A stretch of 63,977 nucleotides of DNA, counting the filler, from Octopus bimaculoides (lineage: Eukaryota), in NCBI RefSeq assembly GCF_001194135.2. It is 7 parts of 7 records of this genome, joined end to end, with 100 filler letters (N's around TTAATTAATTAA, not from the genome) between each part and the next. Parts side by side here need not be neighbours in the genome. Positions count along the whole stretch, not along the records: positions 11,420 to 20,728 come from NC_068997.1; positions 20,829 to 37,237 come from NC_068981.1; 5 more parts are not named here. One strand, 5' to 3'. Shown in pieces: positions 13,279 through 25,684 of the stretch. A program made the translations under genes and the position numbers. The notes beneath the pieces are model-generated. The model saw only the letters and a program-made list of their open reading frames with translations. It made no database searches and was not told the DNA's origin. The stretch's first letter is position 1. Every line of letters begins with the position of its first letter.

Positions 13279-13828
13279 CATGTTTTTTGTGGTTGCATGT
13301 TTGTGTTAATATGCGTTCATGTAAGAGTGTGCATGCCTGTTTGTATGTGTGTATTTAAACATGCATATTTACAAGCATGCATGTATGTATTTAAACATGC
13401 ATATTTACAAGCATGTATATTGGTATTTATGTATGAAAGTATGTAAACATATATGTATGATGCATGTATTTATCAATGTAAGTTTGCTTATTGTGCATTG
13501 ATTGCTCTTAAATATGTGTGTTTTGAATGTTGGTCAGTGATTGCACTGCGCCCGTCGTGGGGCAGGCATGAAGTTTTTAGCAGAAAATAACCAGCTCAGT
13601 ATTTATTTTGAGAATCAGATTCTTGTGTATCGATCTCTTTGCTGAAACGTTACGTTATAGGGATGTAATCAAACCAGCACCGATTTTCAAACAGCTGTGG
13701 AATATATACACAAACACAAATACACACCTGCACGCTCACATAATATGCACACGCGCATTGTGAGTGGATTTGCTGCACGGAAACTGAAAGAAGCCCATCT
13801 TGTATGTGTGCATAAAGTCTGTCATACC

Positions 13829-13868
13829 GGCCATGACGAAGGGAAATAGCCCTGAAACTCGAGTCGCC
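13829..13868 (+). ncRNA. Minimal type I hammerhead motif (degenerate core)
   Basis: GGC-C(A)TGACGA-AGGG-AAATAG-CCCT-GAAA-C-TCGA-G-TC-GCC. Stems I (GGC/GCC), II (AGGG/CCCT) and III (palindrome ACTCGAGT) are perfect. There is one extra or substituted A at C3/U4. Confidence 0.7.
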
Positions 13869-14154
13869 TTTATATATATATATTTATATTTATATATTTA
13901 TATATTTGATCCTTTATATTGAACACTCAATATTTCATCTACATTCAATACTTTCTTTCATGGTGCCATCCATTTTTATTTTATTTTATTTTATATTGTA
14001 TATTGTATATCATATTATATATTGTATATTCCATATTCTATACCCCACATTAGTTCTGCAGGAATATAAATAAAACATAAAAAACAGACAGTGTTGNNNN
14101 NNNNNNTGCATGTATGGTGTGGGGTGTGCGTGTGTGTGGGGGGTGTGTTCGTTT

Positions 14155-14239
14155 TGGGGCAAGTGTCTTCTACTGTAGCCTCGGGCTGACCAAAGATTTG
14201 TGAGTGGATTTGGTTGACTGAAATTGAAATAAGACTATC

Positions 14240-14245
<6 letters not shown>
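14155..14245 (+). mobile_element. SINE family B fragment
   Basis: GGGCAAGTGTCTTCTACTGTAGCCTCGGGCTGACCAAAG...GAGTGGATTTGG. Confidence 0.8.
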
Positions 14246-14295
<50 letters not shown>

Positions 14296-15452
14296 ATACG
14301 CACACCCACGCGTGTATGCATATACCCTTTACCAAATTTTCAGTGACAAAACTTTGGTGGACCTTGGTCAACTATATATATAGAATATAGTTGACCAAGG
14401 TTTCGCGCAGTCAGCCTGAACTTTTAGCACGTGGTTTGAGAAGCGAGCGTCTAAGCCACACAAGCTAAGCGCACGCCTATGCATAGAGACGGCTGTGTTT
14501 GTGTGTTGGGATTGCGTGTCTGCTAGCCTTCGTATGTATCCCTCTCTGTGGAAGTCCACAGTGTTGTGAATGTTGTTGCTATTGCTGTGTAGCCCGGGTC
14601 CAACTCCGATTGAGTAAACCTATAATCAACGTCTTTCCATAAGTGACAAACCCTTCCATTTCTTTTCCTTTGCTTTCTGTTTTTTAATATATTTTTTTTA
14701 ATACATAATGTAACGAGATCTTTCACTTTTCAAAAATCAAACTGGATGATTTTAATCAGACTTGACTGCTATTTCTAGCACGTCAAGCATGAACCTTTTC
14801 AGTTCCTATTGTTGTTAATGTTTCGGTCTCTTCTGTTCTTATTGTTTTTACCTGTTCTTTAGCCCTGCATCTGCTCCGTTTGTACTTGATGTCTTTGTAC
14901 ATTAAGTTTCCGGGTACATAGACGGACAGTTTATGCATGTATATATATTTGTGCGTAAGAACGTGCATGTGTAAGTATTCTGTGTGTTTGTGTAAAAAAT
15001 AGCATTTTATTTTGTGTGTGTATGTATGTGTATATAATGTTTGTACGTCTGTATAAAAATGTGTGTATGCACGCGTGTGTGTATGCACGCGTGTGTGTAT
15101 GCATGCGTGTGTGTATGTATAAAACATCATTGTATCTGTGTGTTTCAGAGTACGTTTGTTTATGTGTAAATGTGTGCGTACAGTGTATGTTTGTTTATGT
15201 GTATGCTTCTTGTGTGTATGTATACATTATGTTTGTCTGTGTGTGTGTGTGTGTGTGGCTGCATTGCTTGTATGCGTAGCAATACTGTGTATGCATGTGT
15301 GTTTAATCGTGTGCGTGCATGTGAATGCGTGTATGTATGAGCTGTTTGTGTATAGCAGATGCGTGTGTATATATATGAGTAGAGTAAACATAAGTCTCTA
15401 AAGGAGTAAGGCCCGCGTGTGTATGTGTGTGAGTATCTGTGTGTGAGTGAGT

Positions 15453-15484
<32 letters not shown>

Positions 15485-15643
15485 CTGTGTATGCATTTTG
15501 TGTTACAAGTTAATACATAAAAGTTATAGTGAAACGAATACATAACGTGTAACAATTTCACACATACATATCTACATACATATCCACATATCCACATATC
15601 CACATACATATCTACATACGAAAACTTGCCATACATATAGATA

Positions 15644-15826
15644 CGCAGGCATGGCAGTGTAGTAAGAAGCTTGCTTCCCAACCCCATGGTTCCGGGTTCC
15701 GTCCTACCGTGTGACACCTTGCGCAGGTGTCTTCTACTGCAGCCTCCGGCCGACCGAAGCCTTGTGAGTGGGTTTGGTAGACGGCAACTGGAAGAAGCCC
15801 GTCGTATATATGTGTGCGTGTGTGTG

Positions 15827-15859
<33 letters not shown>

Positions 15860-15950
15860 NNNNNNNNNNATAAGACTTGGGGTCGATTTCTTCGACTAAA
15901 GGTGGTGCTCCAGCATGGCCGCAGTCAAATGACTGAAGTGAAAGATTAAA
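15644..15950 (+). mobile_element. SINE family B, near full length (internal 10-N gap)
   Basis: Head GCAGGCATGGCAGTGTAGTAAGAAGCTTGCTTCCCAACC...GGTTCCGTCC and tail CCAGCATGGCCGCAGTCAAATGACTGAA. Confidence 0.9.
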
Positions 15951-16098
15951 CGTATATACATACTTTCGAACACGTCTGTTACACACCTACAGATATAAAC
16001 ACAAGCATACAACACGCGCGAAGCGATATGCCGAGGGTTGTGTCATTGCTGGCATGCTGCTGCTGTGTGCGTGTATCAAACTTTGTGTATTTGAATGA

Positions 16099-16428
16099 GG
16101 AGGCGCAATGGCCCAGTAGTTAGGGCAGCGGACTCGCGGTCATAGGATCGCGGTTTCGATTCCCAGACCGGGCGTTGTGAGTGTTTATTGAGCGAAAACA
16201 CCTAAAACAGCTCCACGAGGCTACGGCAGGGGATGGTGGCGAACCCTGCTGTACTCTTCCACCACAACATTTTCTCACTCTTACTTCCTGTTTCTGTTGT
16301 GCCTGTAATTCAAAGGGTCAGCCTTGTCAAACTGAATATCCCCGAGAACTACGTTAAGGGTACCCGTGTCTGTGGAGTGCTCAGCCACTTGCACGTTAAT
16401 TTCACGAGCAGGCTGTTCCGTTGGTCGG
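16099..16428 (+). mobile_element. tRNA-headed SINE family C
   Basis: A box TGGCCCAGTAG, B box GTTTCGATTCC. Collinear with 43758-44120. Confidence 0.9.
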
Positions 16429-17117
16429 NNNNNNNNNNNNNNNNNNNNNNNNNNNNNNNNNNNNNNNNNNNNNNNNNNNNNNNNNNNNNNNNNNNNNNNN
16501 NNNNNNNNNNNNNNNNNNNNNNNNNNNNNNNNNNNNNNNNNNNNNNNNNNNNNNNNNNNNNNNNNNNNNNNNNNNNNNNNNNNNNNNNNNNNNNNNNNNN
16601 NNNNNNNNNNNNNNNNNNNNNNNNNNNNNNNNNNNNNNNNNNNNNNNNNNNNNNNNNNNNNNNNNNNNNNNNNNNNNNNNNNNNNNNNNNNNNNNNNNNN
16701 NNNNNNNNNNNNNNNNNNNNNNNNNNNNNNNNNNNNNNNNNNNNNNNNNNNNNNNNNNNNNNNNNNNNNNNNNNNNNNNNNNNNNNNNNNNNNNNNNNNN
16801 NNNNNNNNNNNNNNNNNNNNNNNNNNNNNNNNNNNNNNNNNNNNNNNNNNNNNNNNNNNNNNNNNNNNNNNNNNNNNNNNNNNNNNNNNNNNNNNNNNNN
16901 NNNNNNNNNNNNNNNNNNNNNNNNNNNNNNNNNNNNNNNNNNNNNNNNNNNNNNNNNNNNNNNNNNNNNNNNNNNNNNNNNNNNNNNNNNNNNNNNNNNN
17001 NNNNNNNNNNNNNNNNNNNNNNNNNNNNNNNNNNNNNNNNNNNNNNNNNNNNNNNNNNNNNNNNNNNNNNNNNNNNNNNNNNNNNNNNNNNNNATATATA
17101 TATATATATATATATAT

Positions 17118-17268
17118 ACATACGACGGACTTCTTCCAGTTTCCATCTACTAAATCCACTCACAAGGCTTTGGTCGGCCTGAGGCTATAGTAGAAGACTC
17201 TTGTCCAAGGTGCCACGCAGTGGCACTGAACCCGGAAACATGTGGTTGGTAAGCAAGCTACTTACCAC
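17118..17268 (-). mobile_element. SINE family B, 5' half
   Basis: Reverse complement GTGTGGTAAGTAGCTTGCTTACCAACCACATGTTTCCGGGTTCAGTGCCACTGCGTGGCACC. Confidence 0.9.
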
Positions 17269-17439
17269 ACACACACACACACACATACACACACACATAT
17301 ATATACTGTATGTGAATATTTTAATATTGTAAGCGTATTTAAGTTGGATGATTCGTGTGTGTATGTGTGTGTGTGTGTGTGTGACATGTATTGTAAGATT
17401 GTGTAAGTATTTGTGTGTTACCTAGTCTTTTACACGTTT

Positions 17440-17622
17440 CACTCACTGGACAGCGTCCATGCTGGGGCACAGCATTGCAGGATTTCAGCCGTGCAAATCT
17501 TCACCAGTACTTGATTATAAATTATGCTACTTATTCCATCCGTTCCATTTTGCCACAGCTCTAAGTTACGTGAAATGAAACAAACTAACAGCGGCTGTCA
17601 AGTGGTGATGGTGGGGTGGGGG
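17440..17622 (-). mobile_element. SINE family B, degenerate 3' half
   Basis: Reverse complement resembles CCACCACTTGACAGCCG...GTAACTTAG...CCAGCATGG of the other copies. Confidence 0.55.
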
Positions 17623-17746
17623 GACAAACTCAAAGCCACACACATACATACATACACACACATAAACACATAAACACTGACACGCACACATGCATACACA
17701 CATATATATGAGGTGACTTTGCGTGTGTGTGAGTGTGTATATGTAA

Positions 17747-17778
<32 letters not shown>

Positions 17779-18442
17779 NNNNNNNNNNNNNNNNNNNNNN
17801 NNNNNNNNNNNNNNNNNNNNNNNNNNNNNNNNNNNNNNNNNNNNNNNNNNNNNNNNNNNNNNNNNNNNNNNNNNNNNNNNNNNNNNNNNNNNNNNNNNNN
17901 NNNNNNNNNNNNNNNNNNNNNNNNNNNNNNNNNNNNNNNNNNNNNNNNNNNNNNNNNNNNNNNNNNNNNNNNNNNNNNNNNNNNNNNNNNNNNNNNNNNN
18001 NNNNNNNNNNNNNNNNNNNNNNNNNNNNNNNNNNNNNNNNNNNNNNNNNNNNNNNNNNNNNNNNNNNNNNNNNNNNNNNNNNNNNNNNNNNNNNNNNNNN
18101 NNNNNNNNNNNNNNNNNNNNNNNNNNNNNNNNNNNNNNNNNNNNNNNNNNNNNNNNNNNNNNNNNNNNNNNNNNNNNNNNNNNNNNNNNNNNNNNNNNNN
18201 NNNNNNNNNNNNNNNNNNNNNNNNNNNNNNNNNNNNNNNNNNNNNNNNNNNNNNNNNNNNNNNNNNNNNNNNNNNNNNNNNNNNNNNNNNNNNNNNNNNN
18301 NNNNNNNNNNNNNNNNNNNNNNNNNNNNNNNNNNNNNNNNNNNNNNNNNNNNNNNNNNNNNNNNNNNNNNNNNNNNNNNNNNNNNNNNNNNNNNNNNNNN
18401 NNNNNNNNNNNNNNNNNNNNNNNNNNNNNNNNNNNNNNNNNN

Positions 18443-18490
<48 letters not shown>

Positions 18491-18899
18491 TGTGTGTGTG
18501 TGTGTGTGTGTGAAAGAGAGTGTGTGAGTATGTTTGATTAAATGAGTGTGTGCAAAAGAATGTGTTGTAGAGCATGCTAGGATTGACTATGTTTGGGTTC
18601 TGTTATAAGTGTGTGTTTGAAGCTCTCGTATATGGAATTTCTATATATGCGTGTGTGTCTGTGTGTAATTGTGTGTGTGTTTGTGTGTGGTTAATGCACT
18701 CTATAGTATGTCTGCCTGCATGTTGCATCGAGATATGTGCATCGAGTATTTGTGTACGTGAATGTGTTATGATTATGTGTGTAAATATCTTGTATTCCAT
18801 GCTTGTGTTTATATTGCATAGCATGTGTGTTGCGTGAATATATGTTGTACAGAAAACTTATGTGTATAGGAATATGTTGCTTAGAAGACTGGAGTGTAC

Positions 18900-18961
<62 letters not shown>

Positions 18962-19207
18962 GTATTTCAGTTTCTTTGCGTGTGTGTATTAAATAGATTG
19001 TGTGTGAATATATTCTGTAAGTCTGTGTATGTGTGTGTGTGTGTGTGCGTGTATGCATGTGTGTGCGTGTGCGTGTGTGTGTGTTATATTGTGTTTGTGG
19101 GTGCGTGTGAAAATGCGTTGTAAGCTTATGTGATAGTTGTGTAGTTTATGTGTTTGATGGTGTTGGATCGAAAATATATCTGTAAAAGTTTTGTGTAGTA
19201 ATTTATA

Positions 19208-19510
19208 TAGGTGCAGTCGTGGTCCTATGGTAAAAAGCTTGCTTAACAACCACATGGTTCTGGGTTCAGTCTCTCTGCGTGGCACCTTGGGTAAGTGGTT
19301 TTAGTACAGCAATGGGCCGATCAAAGCCGTGTGAGTGGATTTGGTAGACAGAAAACGAAAGAAAACCGTCGTATAAAAATTGTGTAAGTGTTTGTTCCCA
19401 CCACCGCTTGACAACCAGTGTCGGTGTGTTTATGTCCCGTAACTTAGCTGTTCGGCAAAGCAGACCGATTGAATAAGTGCCGAGGCATGACCGCAATCTA
19501 CGAACTGAAA
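19208..19510 (+). mobile_element. SINE family B copy; a second, more degenerate head follows at about 19540-19700
   Basis: GCTTGCTTAACAACCACATGGTTCTGGGTTCAGTC...CCACCGCTTGACAACC...GTTCGGCAAAG. Confidence 0.85.
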
Positions 19511-20828
19511 AGATGTAACTAATAAATGATATGTACAAGCACAGGTGTAGCGATGTGGTTAACACGCTGGCTTCCCAAACGTGCGTTTTGGGGTTCGGTC
19601 TCACTATTCGGCATCATGGGCAGTTGTTTACAAATATATCCCCGGATCCACCTTCGTTTGTATGTGAAACTAAAACATGGAAAGCAAAAAAAGCCTGTCA
19701 TATGTGTGTGTGCGTGTGCGTGTGCGTGTGCGTGTNNNNNNNNNNTGTGCGTGTGCGTGTGCGTGTGCGTGTGTGTGAATGGGAGTGTTAAGTTGCAAGT
19801 GTGCGTTCGTGTGTATGCATATAGGAATATGAGGTATAGAGAGTGTGCGTGTGTGTAGCACAAAATTTAGTGTGTTTGTAAAAATATTACAACAGAAAAT
19901 TTGTGTGTATGTGTGTGTGTCTGTGTTTCTGTGTGTATTTGNNNNNNNNNNGCACAAAATTTAGTGTGTTTGTAAAAATATTACAACAGAAAATTTGTGT
20001 GTATGTGTGTGTGTCTGTGTTTCTGTGTGTATTTGCGTGTGCATATGCGTGTATTGATAGTTTGTAGATGTGTTGTAAATTAATCTTGTGTGCATGTGTG
20101 TGTGTGTGTGTATGTGTTAGTATATAATATAATGATTGTGTATTAGACTGNNNNNNNNNNCGTGTGTATGCATATAGGAATATGAGGTATAGAGAGTGTG
20201 CGTGTGTGTAGCACAAAATTTAGTGTGTTTGTAAAAATATTACAACAGAAAATTTGTGTGTATGTGTGTGTGTCTGTGTTTCTGTGTGTATTTGCGTGTG
20301 CATATGCGTGTATTGATAGTTTGTAGATGTGTTGTAAATTAATCTTTTGTGCATGTGTGTGTGTATGTGTTAGTATATAATATAATGATTGTGTATTAGA
20401 CTGTGTTCAATATAGCAGGTTTATGCGTGAGCCATTGTATTAAAATCTACAATATCATTGTATTTACACACATTAAATTAGGTATGCACGAGGTAGTCTA
20501 CAGGCGGTTCTTTAAACTGCTAGAAGCAGAAGCCTGATGTCCCTCAAAACTATACTTTCACAATGTATGGCAAAACAAATGAGCGCGCGCACACTCGTCC
20601 GGACACACATGCACATATAGAGTCGCATATAGCTGTTGGTCACGGTTGGGGAGAATTTAGTCGTTGATCTCATTAAAGTACTGATCTGCAGAGGTATAAA
20701 GGCATTAACGACATACATACATATATATNNNNNNNNNNNNNNNNNNNNNNNNNNNNNNNNNNNNNNNNNNNNTTAATTAATTAANNNNNNNNNNNNNNNN
20801 NNNNNNNNNNNNNNNNNNNNNNNNNNNN

Positions 20829-21123
20829 GGGTTCATTGTTTTATCGAGGTCTATATTTACATTATTTTTCTTCCATGTTTTATATGTATGTGTTGTTGCG
20901 TTTTCGTTTTTTGGGTAGAGTACTGCTGTGAAATAGGCGTGTAGGATCGAAATGTGTTCCTCACGTGTCCATTTATGCCGTTTTGGTTTTGTTTGCGGGA
21001 CATGAGGAACAACGTCCGGCCCTTTATTTTGACGGTCGTCGTTTTCGTAGGGTACCGGTTCGTTTATTTCTGTTGTCAGATTGTTTTGCACGTTCATATC
21101 TTCGTATTTTTTTCTTAACAAGC
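20829..21123 (-). mobile_element. 5' end of an R4/Dong-type LINE ORF, starting next to a (TAA)n tract
   Basis: Open frame MNVQNN...KRHKWTREEHISILHAYFTAVLYPK...TYKTWKK (ATG 21097) resembles the KWT.EE N-terminus of Dong/R4 ORFs (family knowledge). It abuts (TAA)n at 21125-21190 and runs into a gap. Confidence 0.6.
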
Positions 21124-21157
<34 letters not shown>

Positions 21158-21191
21158 GATTATTATTATTATTATCATCATTCTCATCATG

Positions 21192-21545
21192 TTATGTGTT
21201 CAGTTCCCGCCTTTCGTCCTTTTGAGGTCATTAAACAAATACCAATCAAGTACAGGGGTCGATCGAATCGACTTGCCCCTCCCCTCAAAATTTGATAGCT
21301 TCTGTGCGAGAAGTTGAAACCTTTATTATCAGTATTGTTAAGTCGGAGTGTTGACAGAATATCTGGGACGCCGGGAAAAATGCCTAGCGGTATTTCGTCC
21401 GTCCTTATCTTCTGAGTTTCTAATTCCGCTTAGGTTGATTTTACCTTCCATCCTTTCTGCTTCGATAAAATAAGAACCAGCCAAGCACTGGAGTCGATGT
21501 CATCGACCAAACACATCTACCTGAAATTTTTCGCCTTGTACAACA
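21192..21545 (+). mobile_element. Two tandem SINE family A copies (about 21192-21320 and 21335-21545)
   Basis: GCCTTTCGTCCTTT..GGGGTCGATCGAATCGAC, and CGCCGGGAAAAATGCCTAGCGGTATTTCGTCCG...GATAAAATAAGAACCAG. Confidence 0.8.
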
Positions 21546-22379
21546 ATTATTGTTTTGTTGTTTTTGTTGTTATATGACTGTTATACAGTTAAGACTTTTA
21601 TCTGTATATATTCACATGATTTACCGTTTTTTATATTCTTCTTTATAATTGCATTACTGTATTAATATCAACACATAAATATTTGTCTGTCTTTTTTCTT
21701 CGTTAGCTTATATATTTACAAGTACGTCAACGAACAAATAGTGACATTTAATGTTATCTCCGCTTCATTGTACCTTTGTAATGTTCTGTTTGATTTCCTA
21801 ACTACATACAACGCTTGTCATAATGTCTCAGCTGTCATATTCTTTCTGACGACGAATCACACTCGCCGTGTATAATCTGAATACGTAGATTCTATAATAT
21901 ATAAATCGTGAAATGGCTTGGTAAGAGTTGAAAGAAAAGTATGCTAGAAAGAGTAACCAGTTACCCCACGAATCACAGGCTAAGTTACCATAGAGATGGC
22001 ACGATAGATAATGTAGTCGCTGATACACAAAGTGATGGCATATGCACAAGATTAAAGACAAAAAGACAATTTATCATTAGAAGTAGAATTATAACATATT
22101 ATTAAATGGTGCTCATTCAAAAGGTCTTTTTTTATTATTATTATTATGTTATTTCAATTACATATTAGAATGAAGCACGTTTTAGAGTTCCAGCTTCCGA
22201 CATCAGAGCGAACAGCATTGCAATAAAGATTTTTAAAAAATTGTAATAACATCCGGTTAAAATCATCCATTAGCGAAAGCGTATAATCGCAGATGTAGCT
22301 GCTCAGTTAAGAAGGTCCCATTGCAAGAACGGGATTTGAGGTTAAGTCAACAGATTTATGTATTTATGTATGTATATAC

Positions 22380-22429
<50 letters not shown>

Positions 22430-23039
22430 TTCACAAAATATGGAAGTTTTAAAAGGAACTAAAAAATCTGAAAATTGGCTGTAATAATGTAGTTTTCCAG
22501 TTTTATTGCTATGAAGGTATGACGTTGTGGAGGAAAGAAAATCGGAGAAAAAAGTTACAGAGATTTAATAATCGAAAATCTGTGAATTTTTAGCCAATAG
22601 CGTTTAGTGGAGGGGTGTTAGCTTTAAGGTTGTACTCTGTGAGATTTATAGTTTAGTGTCTGTGAAATGACCCGTCCATTGCAGGTTTCTAAATAAACAG
22701 AAACACTTAATTTCATTGTAGGTTTCTAAATAAGCAGAAATACCTAATAAAATCAACATGTACCATCTTACTGTTTCTTTTGTCTCTTCATTGATTGTAT
22801 GTTTTTATTTTTTTTTTAATTTGTCTGCATGTGTTTACTTTATGTGTATTCCAGTATTATGTATACCTGTCATGTATTTGTGTACATCATTAATATATGC
22901 ATACATACATACATAGACACATACATACATACACACACACATACATACATACATACATACATACATACATACATACATACATACATACAATTTACAATGC
23001 CATCTGCAAAAATGACTGTCCTGAAATAAACTTAGGAAA

Positions 23040-23565
23040 TCACTCCGTTATGGAATACATTCATAAACACTAACTCAAGGAATACTGGTGGAATATTCAC
23101 ATCAAAACTTCTGTCAAATGTAAACATAACAGTCCGGATATTGTTGTTTGGGACAGAGAGGCAAAGGTATGTACCATCATAGAGATCAACTGCCATGCAG
23201 ATATAAATATCTCTTTGAAAATCAAAGAAAAAGAGGACATCTATGGACAACTGCTTCGAAACCTCCAGCTTCTATAACATGAATACATATTCATACCAAA
23301 AATAATTGGAGCACTAGATGTTGTTAGTAAATAATTAAAGGAGAATCTGGATAAACTGGGATTTTCAGAAAGAAAAATTGACCGCCCATTTCGTACATTA
23401 CAAGTGCAATCTGTGAGTGGAACAGTAAAAGTATGCAAGACTTTTCTCGAGTTCCAAATGTGAATTTGTCTGTTAACTACATCGCAAAGAGAGAGCCTTG
23501 GCTCTTTGTTCGAAACCGGCTCCCTCCTAAGTGGAAGATTTATAATAATTAAAAAATAGAAAAGA
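23040..23565 (+). mobile_element. 3' fragment of an R2/R4-group LINE (restriction-like endonuclease domain plus 3' UTR)
   Basis: Translation EYWWNIHIKTSVKCKHNSPDIVVWDREAKVCTIIEINC..DINISLKIKEKEDIYGQLLRNLQLL*...IIGALD...KTFLEFQM*. It carries a PD..(D/E) REL motif and in-frame stops. Confidence 0.8.
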
Positions 23566-23975
23566 CATACACACACATACATACATACATACATACATAC
23601 ATAGACTGCGCCCTGAGGAATTTTTATGCGTGTGTGTCATTGTTTTGTGTTTGTGTTTGTTCTCCACTACCACTTGAAAATAGGTGTTGTTACTTTTACG
23701 TCCTCGTAAATTAGCGGTTCGGCAAAGTATCAGATTTAACTAAAATAGACGAGAGTCATTTTGTGCGATTAAACCTTTCTAGACTTATCCCCAACCTGGC
23801 TGCTGTTCAATCAATAAAACAAATAAACATAAAAGGTTGAACAAAATGTTTAAAACAGCAGCCAGGAACGACACCGTTCAAAGTGGGTAGCATTTCGTAG
23901 CCAGCTACATGTGTTGTAAGTTGTATAATATAAAGTATGTGTAAACGCTAATTTACTGAAGTAGTTGTATGCTGT

Positions 23976-24620
23976 TAACTTAATGTGGCTGTCCCATGAA
24001 GGGAAGAATACTACTGTTGTTTAGACCTAGGAAGCTGCACCGCTTCTTGTCAGCCTTGACACATTTCCTGTGTCCTTATGCTTACAAGGGGGAGACAAGC
24101 ACCCGCACCCGGCTAAGCCTGCATCCAGAGACATGTTTCTGAGCCTTTGGTCGTCATCTGTCTGGATTATCATGACTTGCTAGTCGAAGATGCCTGTCAA
24201 GCTCTTGTAAACATATAATAACTCTAGTGAAATACATTCACTGATTTCAAATTTAGAAATAATACATTTCTAAATCTCTCAGAGAGATTTATGCAGTAGT
24301 GATACGTTCATGGGACTGTCACATTAAGTTGACAGCATACAACTACTTCATCGTATCACTACTGCATAAATCTCTCTAAGAGATTTAGAAATGTATTATT
24401 TCTAATTTTGAAATCGGTGAATGTATTTCACTAGAATTATTATATGTTTAAAAGAGCTTGACAGACATCTTCGACTAGCAGGTCATTGCTACTCCAAATA
24501 TCTAGCAGATCACCTGCGACGGACCGGCGTCACGTTCAGGTGGGGAACCTATATGACAATGAAACCGTGAAACCGGACCTTAGGAGTCAGGCATGGCTCG
24601 AGAAGGAACAAACAACAACA
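23976..24620. repeat. Unclassified interspersed repeat containing a 315-bp foldback
   Basis: GC-richer block ending in AGAAGGAACAAACAACAAC. Internal inverted arms 24172-24306 and 24352-24486. Confidence 0.55.
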
Positions 24621-25052
24621 TGGTGATACTCAAGCTCAAACACCGCCCAGAAGATTCATCAGGCCTTTGGTAATGAGGCCATGCCAAAGCTCACATCATG
24701 GAGTGGCACAATCGCTTCACACATAGCCGCACCTCAGTGGAGAGCGAAGCATGCTCAAGCAGGCCATGCACCTGGCGAAACGAATTGAGAAGGTTCGATA
24801 AACAATCATGGAAGACTGTCGTGTAGCAATCTAGGAAATTGCTTAAGAAGTCGAAATAATGCAGAATTATGGCATTCTATTTTAATGGAGGATTTGTGCA
24901 TGCGGAGAGTGTCGACGTAATTCTTGTACAATGTGTTGGCGGGGAAGAAGTAGTAACCTCGCATGGAAATCTCAGGAAATGATGTACTGTGCAAACCACG
25001 ACCCAGATTTAATGAAGACTATCGTCAGTGGTGATGAGACATGGGTTTATAG
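24621..25052 (+). mobile_element. mariner transposase internal fragment (inverted relative to its 5' end)
   Basis: GDTQAQ..QKIHQAFGNEA...EWHNRF...SVESEACSSRPCT...IMEDCRV...EDLCMRRVS...DPDLMKTIVSGDETWVY, the mariner HTH up to the first catalytic D. Confidence 0.85.
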
Positions 25053-25286
25053 TCTCTGCTGAATGCGTTTGGTCATCTTGCGTGAAAAGGAAAATCCTAC
25101 GAGCACGGACTACACGTCTGTACTCTAGGCGTGGCAGCCGGTAACTGACGTAGCCTACCGGCGCAAATATTTTCACGCACGCGCAGGAAGGATGGGGGCG
25201 TCATCTCTCACACAAATGATTTTGCTCATGTAGCATTAGTTTGAGAGGGAAAACACGAAATTGGTTTCCGTTTTGAACGCACTTCG
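25053..25286 (-). mobile_element. mariner 5' TIR, 5' UTR and first codons
   Basis: Minus strand TA-CGAAGTGCGTTCAAAA is a mariner-type TIR. ATG at 25076 gives MTKRIQQR, the typical mariner start. Confidence 0.75.
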
Positions 25287-25643
25287 TATGTGATCTTGGT
25301 GTGTAATTTTGAATGGTTGTGATGATGTTGAGAAGCATAAACGAAAGTACTAAGAAAGGAAAAGAAAAAAATTAATAAATTCCTTTAAATAATATATGTA
25401 ATACAATATAATATAATATTACATATATATATTATATGTATATATANNNNNNNNNNNNNNNNNNNNNNNNNNNNNNNNNNNNNNNNNNNNNNNNNNNNNN
25501 NNNNNNNNNNNNNNNNNNNNNNNNNNNNNNNNNNNNNNNNNNNNNNNNNNNNNNNNNNNNNNNNNNNNNNNNNNNNNNNNNNNNNNNNNNNNNNNNNNNN
25601 NNNNNNNNNNNNNNNNNNNNNNNNNNNNNNNNNNNNNNNNNNN

Positions 25644-25684
<41 letters not shown>

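Noticed and set aside
16099-16180. tRNA-like sequences (also 29295, 43758, 53400)
   Set aside because: A and B boxes are present, but no convincing cloverleaf was found and each continues into a SINE body. They are SINE heads, not tRNA genes.
7834-18575. Many 200-340 aa ORFs in the track
   Set aside because: They consist of N runs plus dinucleotide repeats and have no coding signal.
19798-20402. Near-exact repeated blocks of 100-240 bp
   Set aside because: They are separated by 10-N gaps and are almost identical, so most likely overlapping contigs or haplotypes rather than a real tandem array.
20485-20700. Possible mariner 5' end
   Set aside because: There is only vague similarity to 25053-25286, with no ORF or partner TIR.
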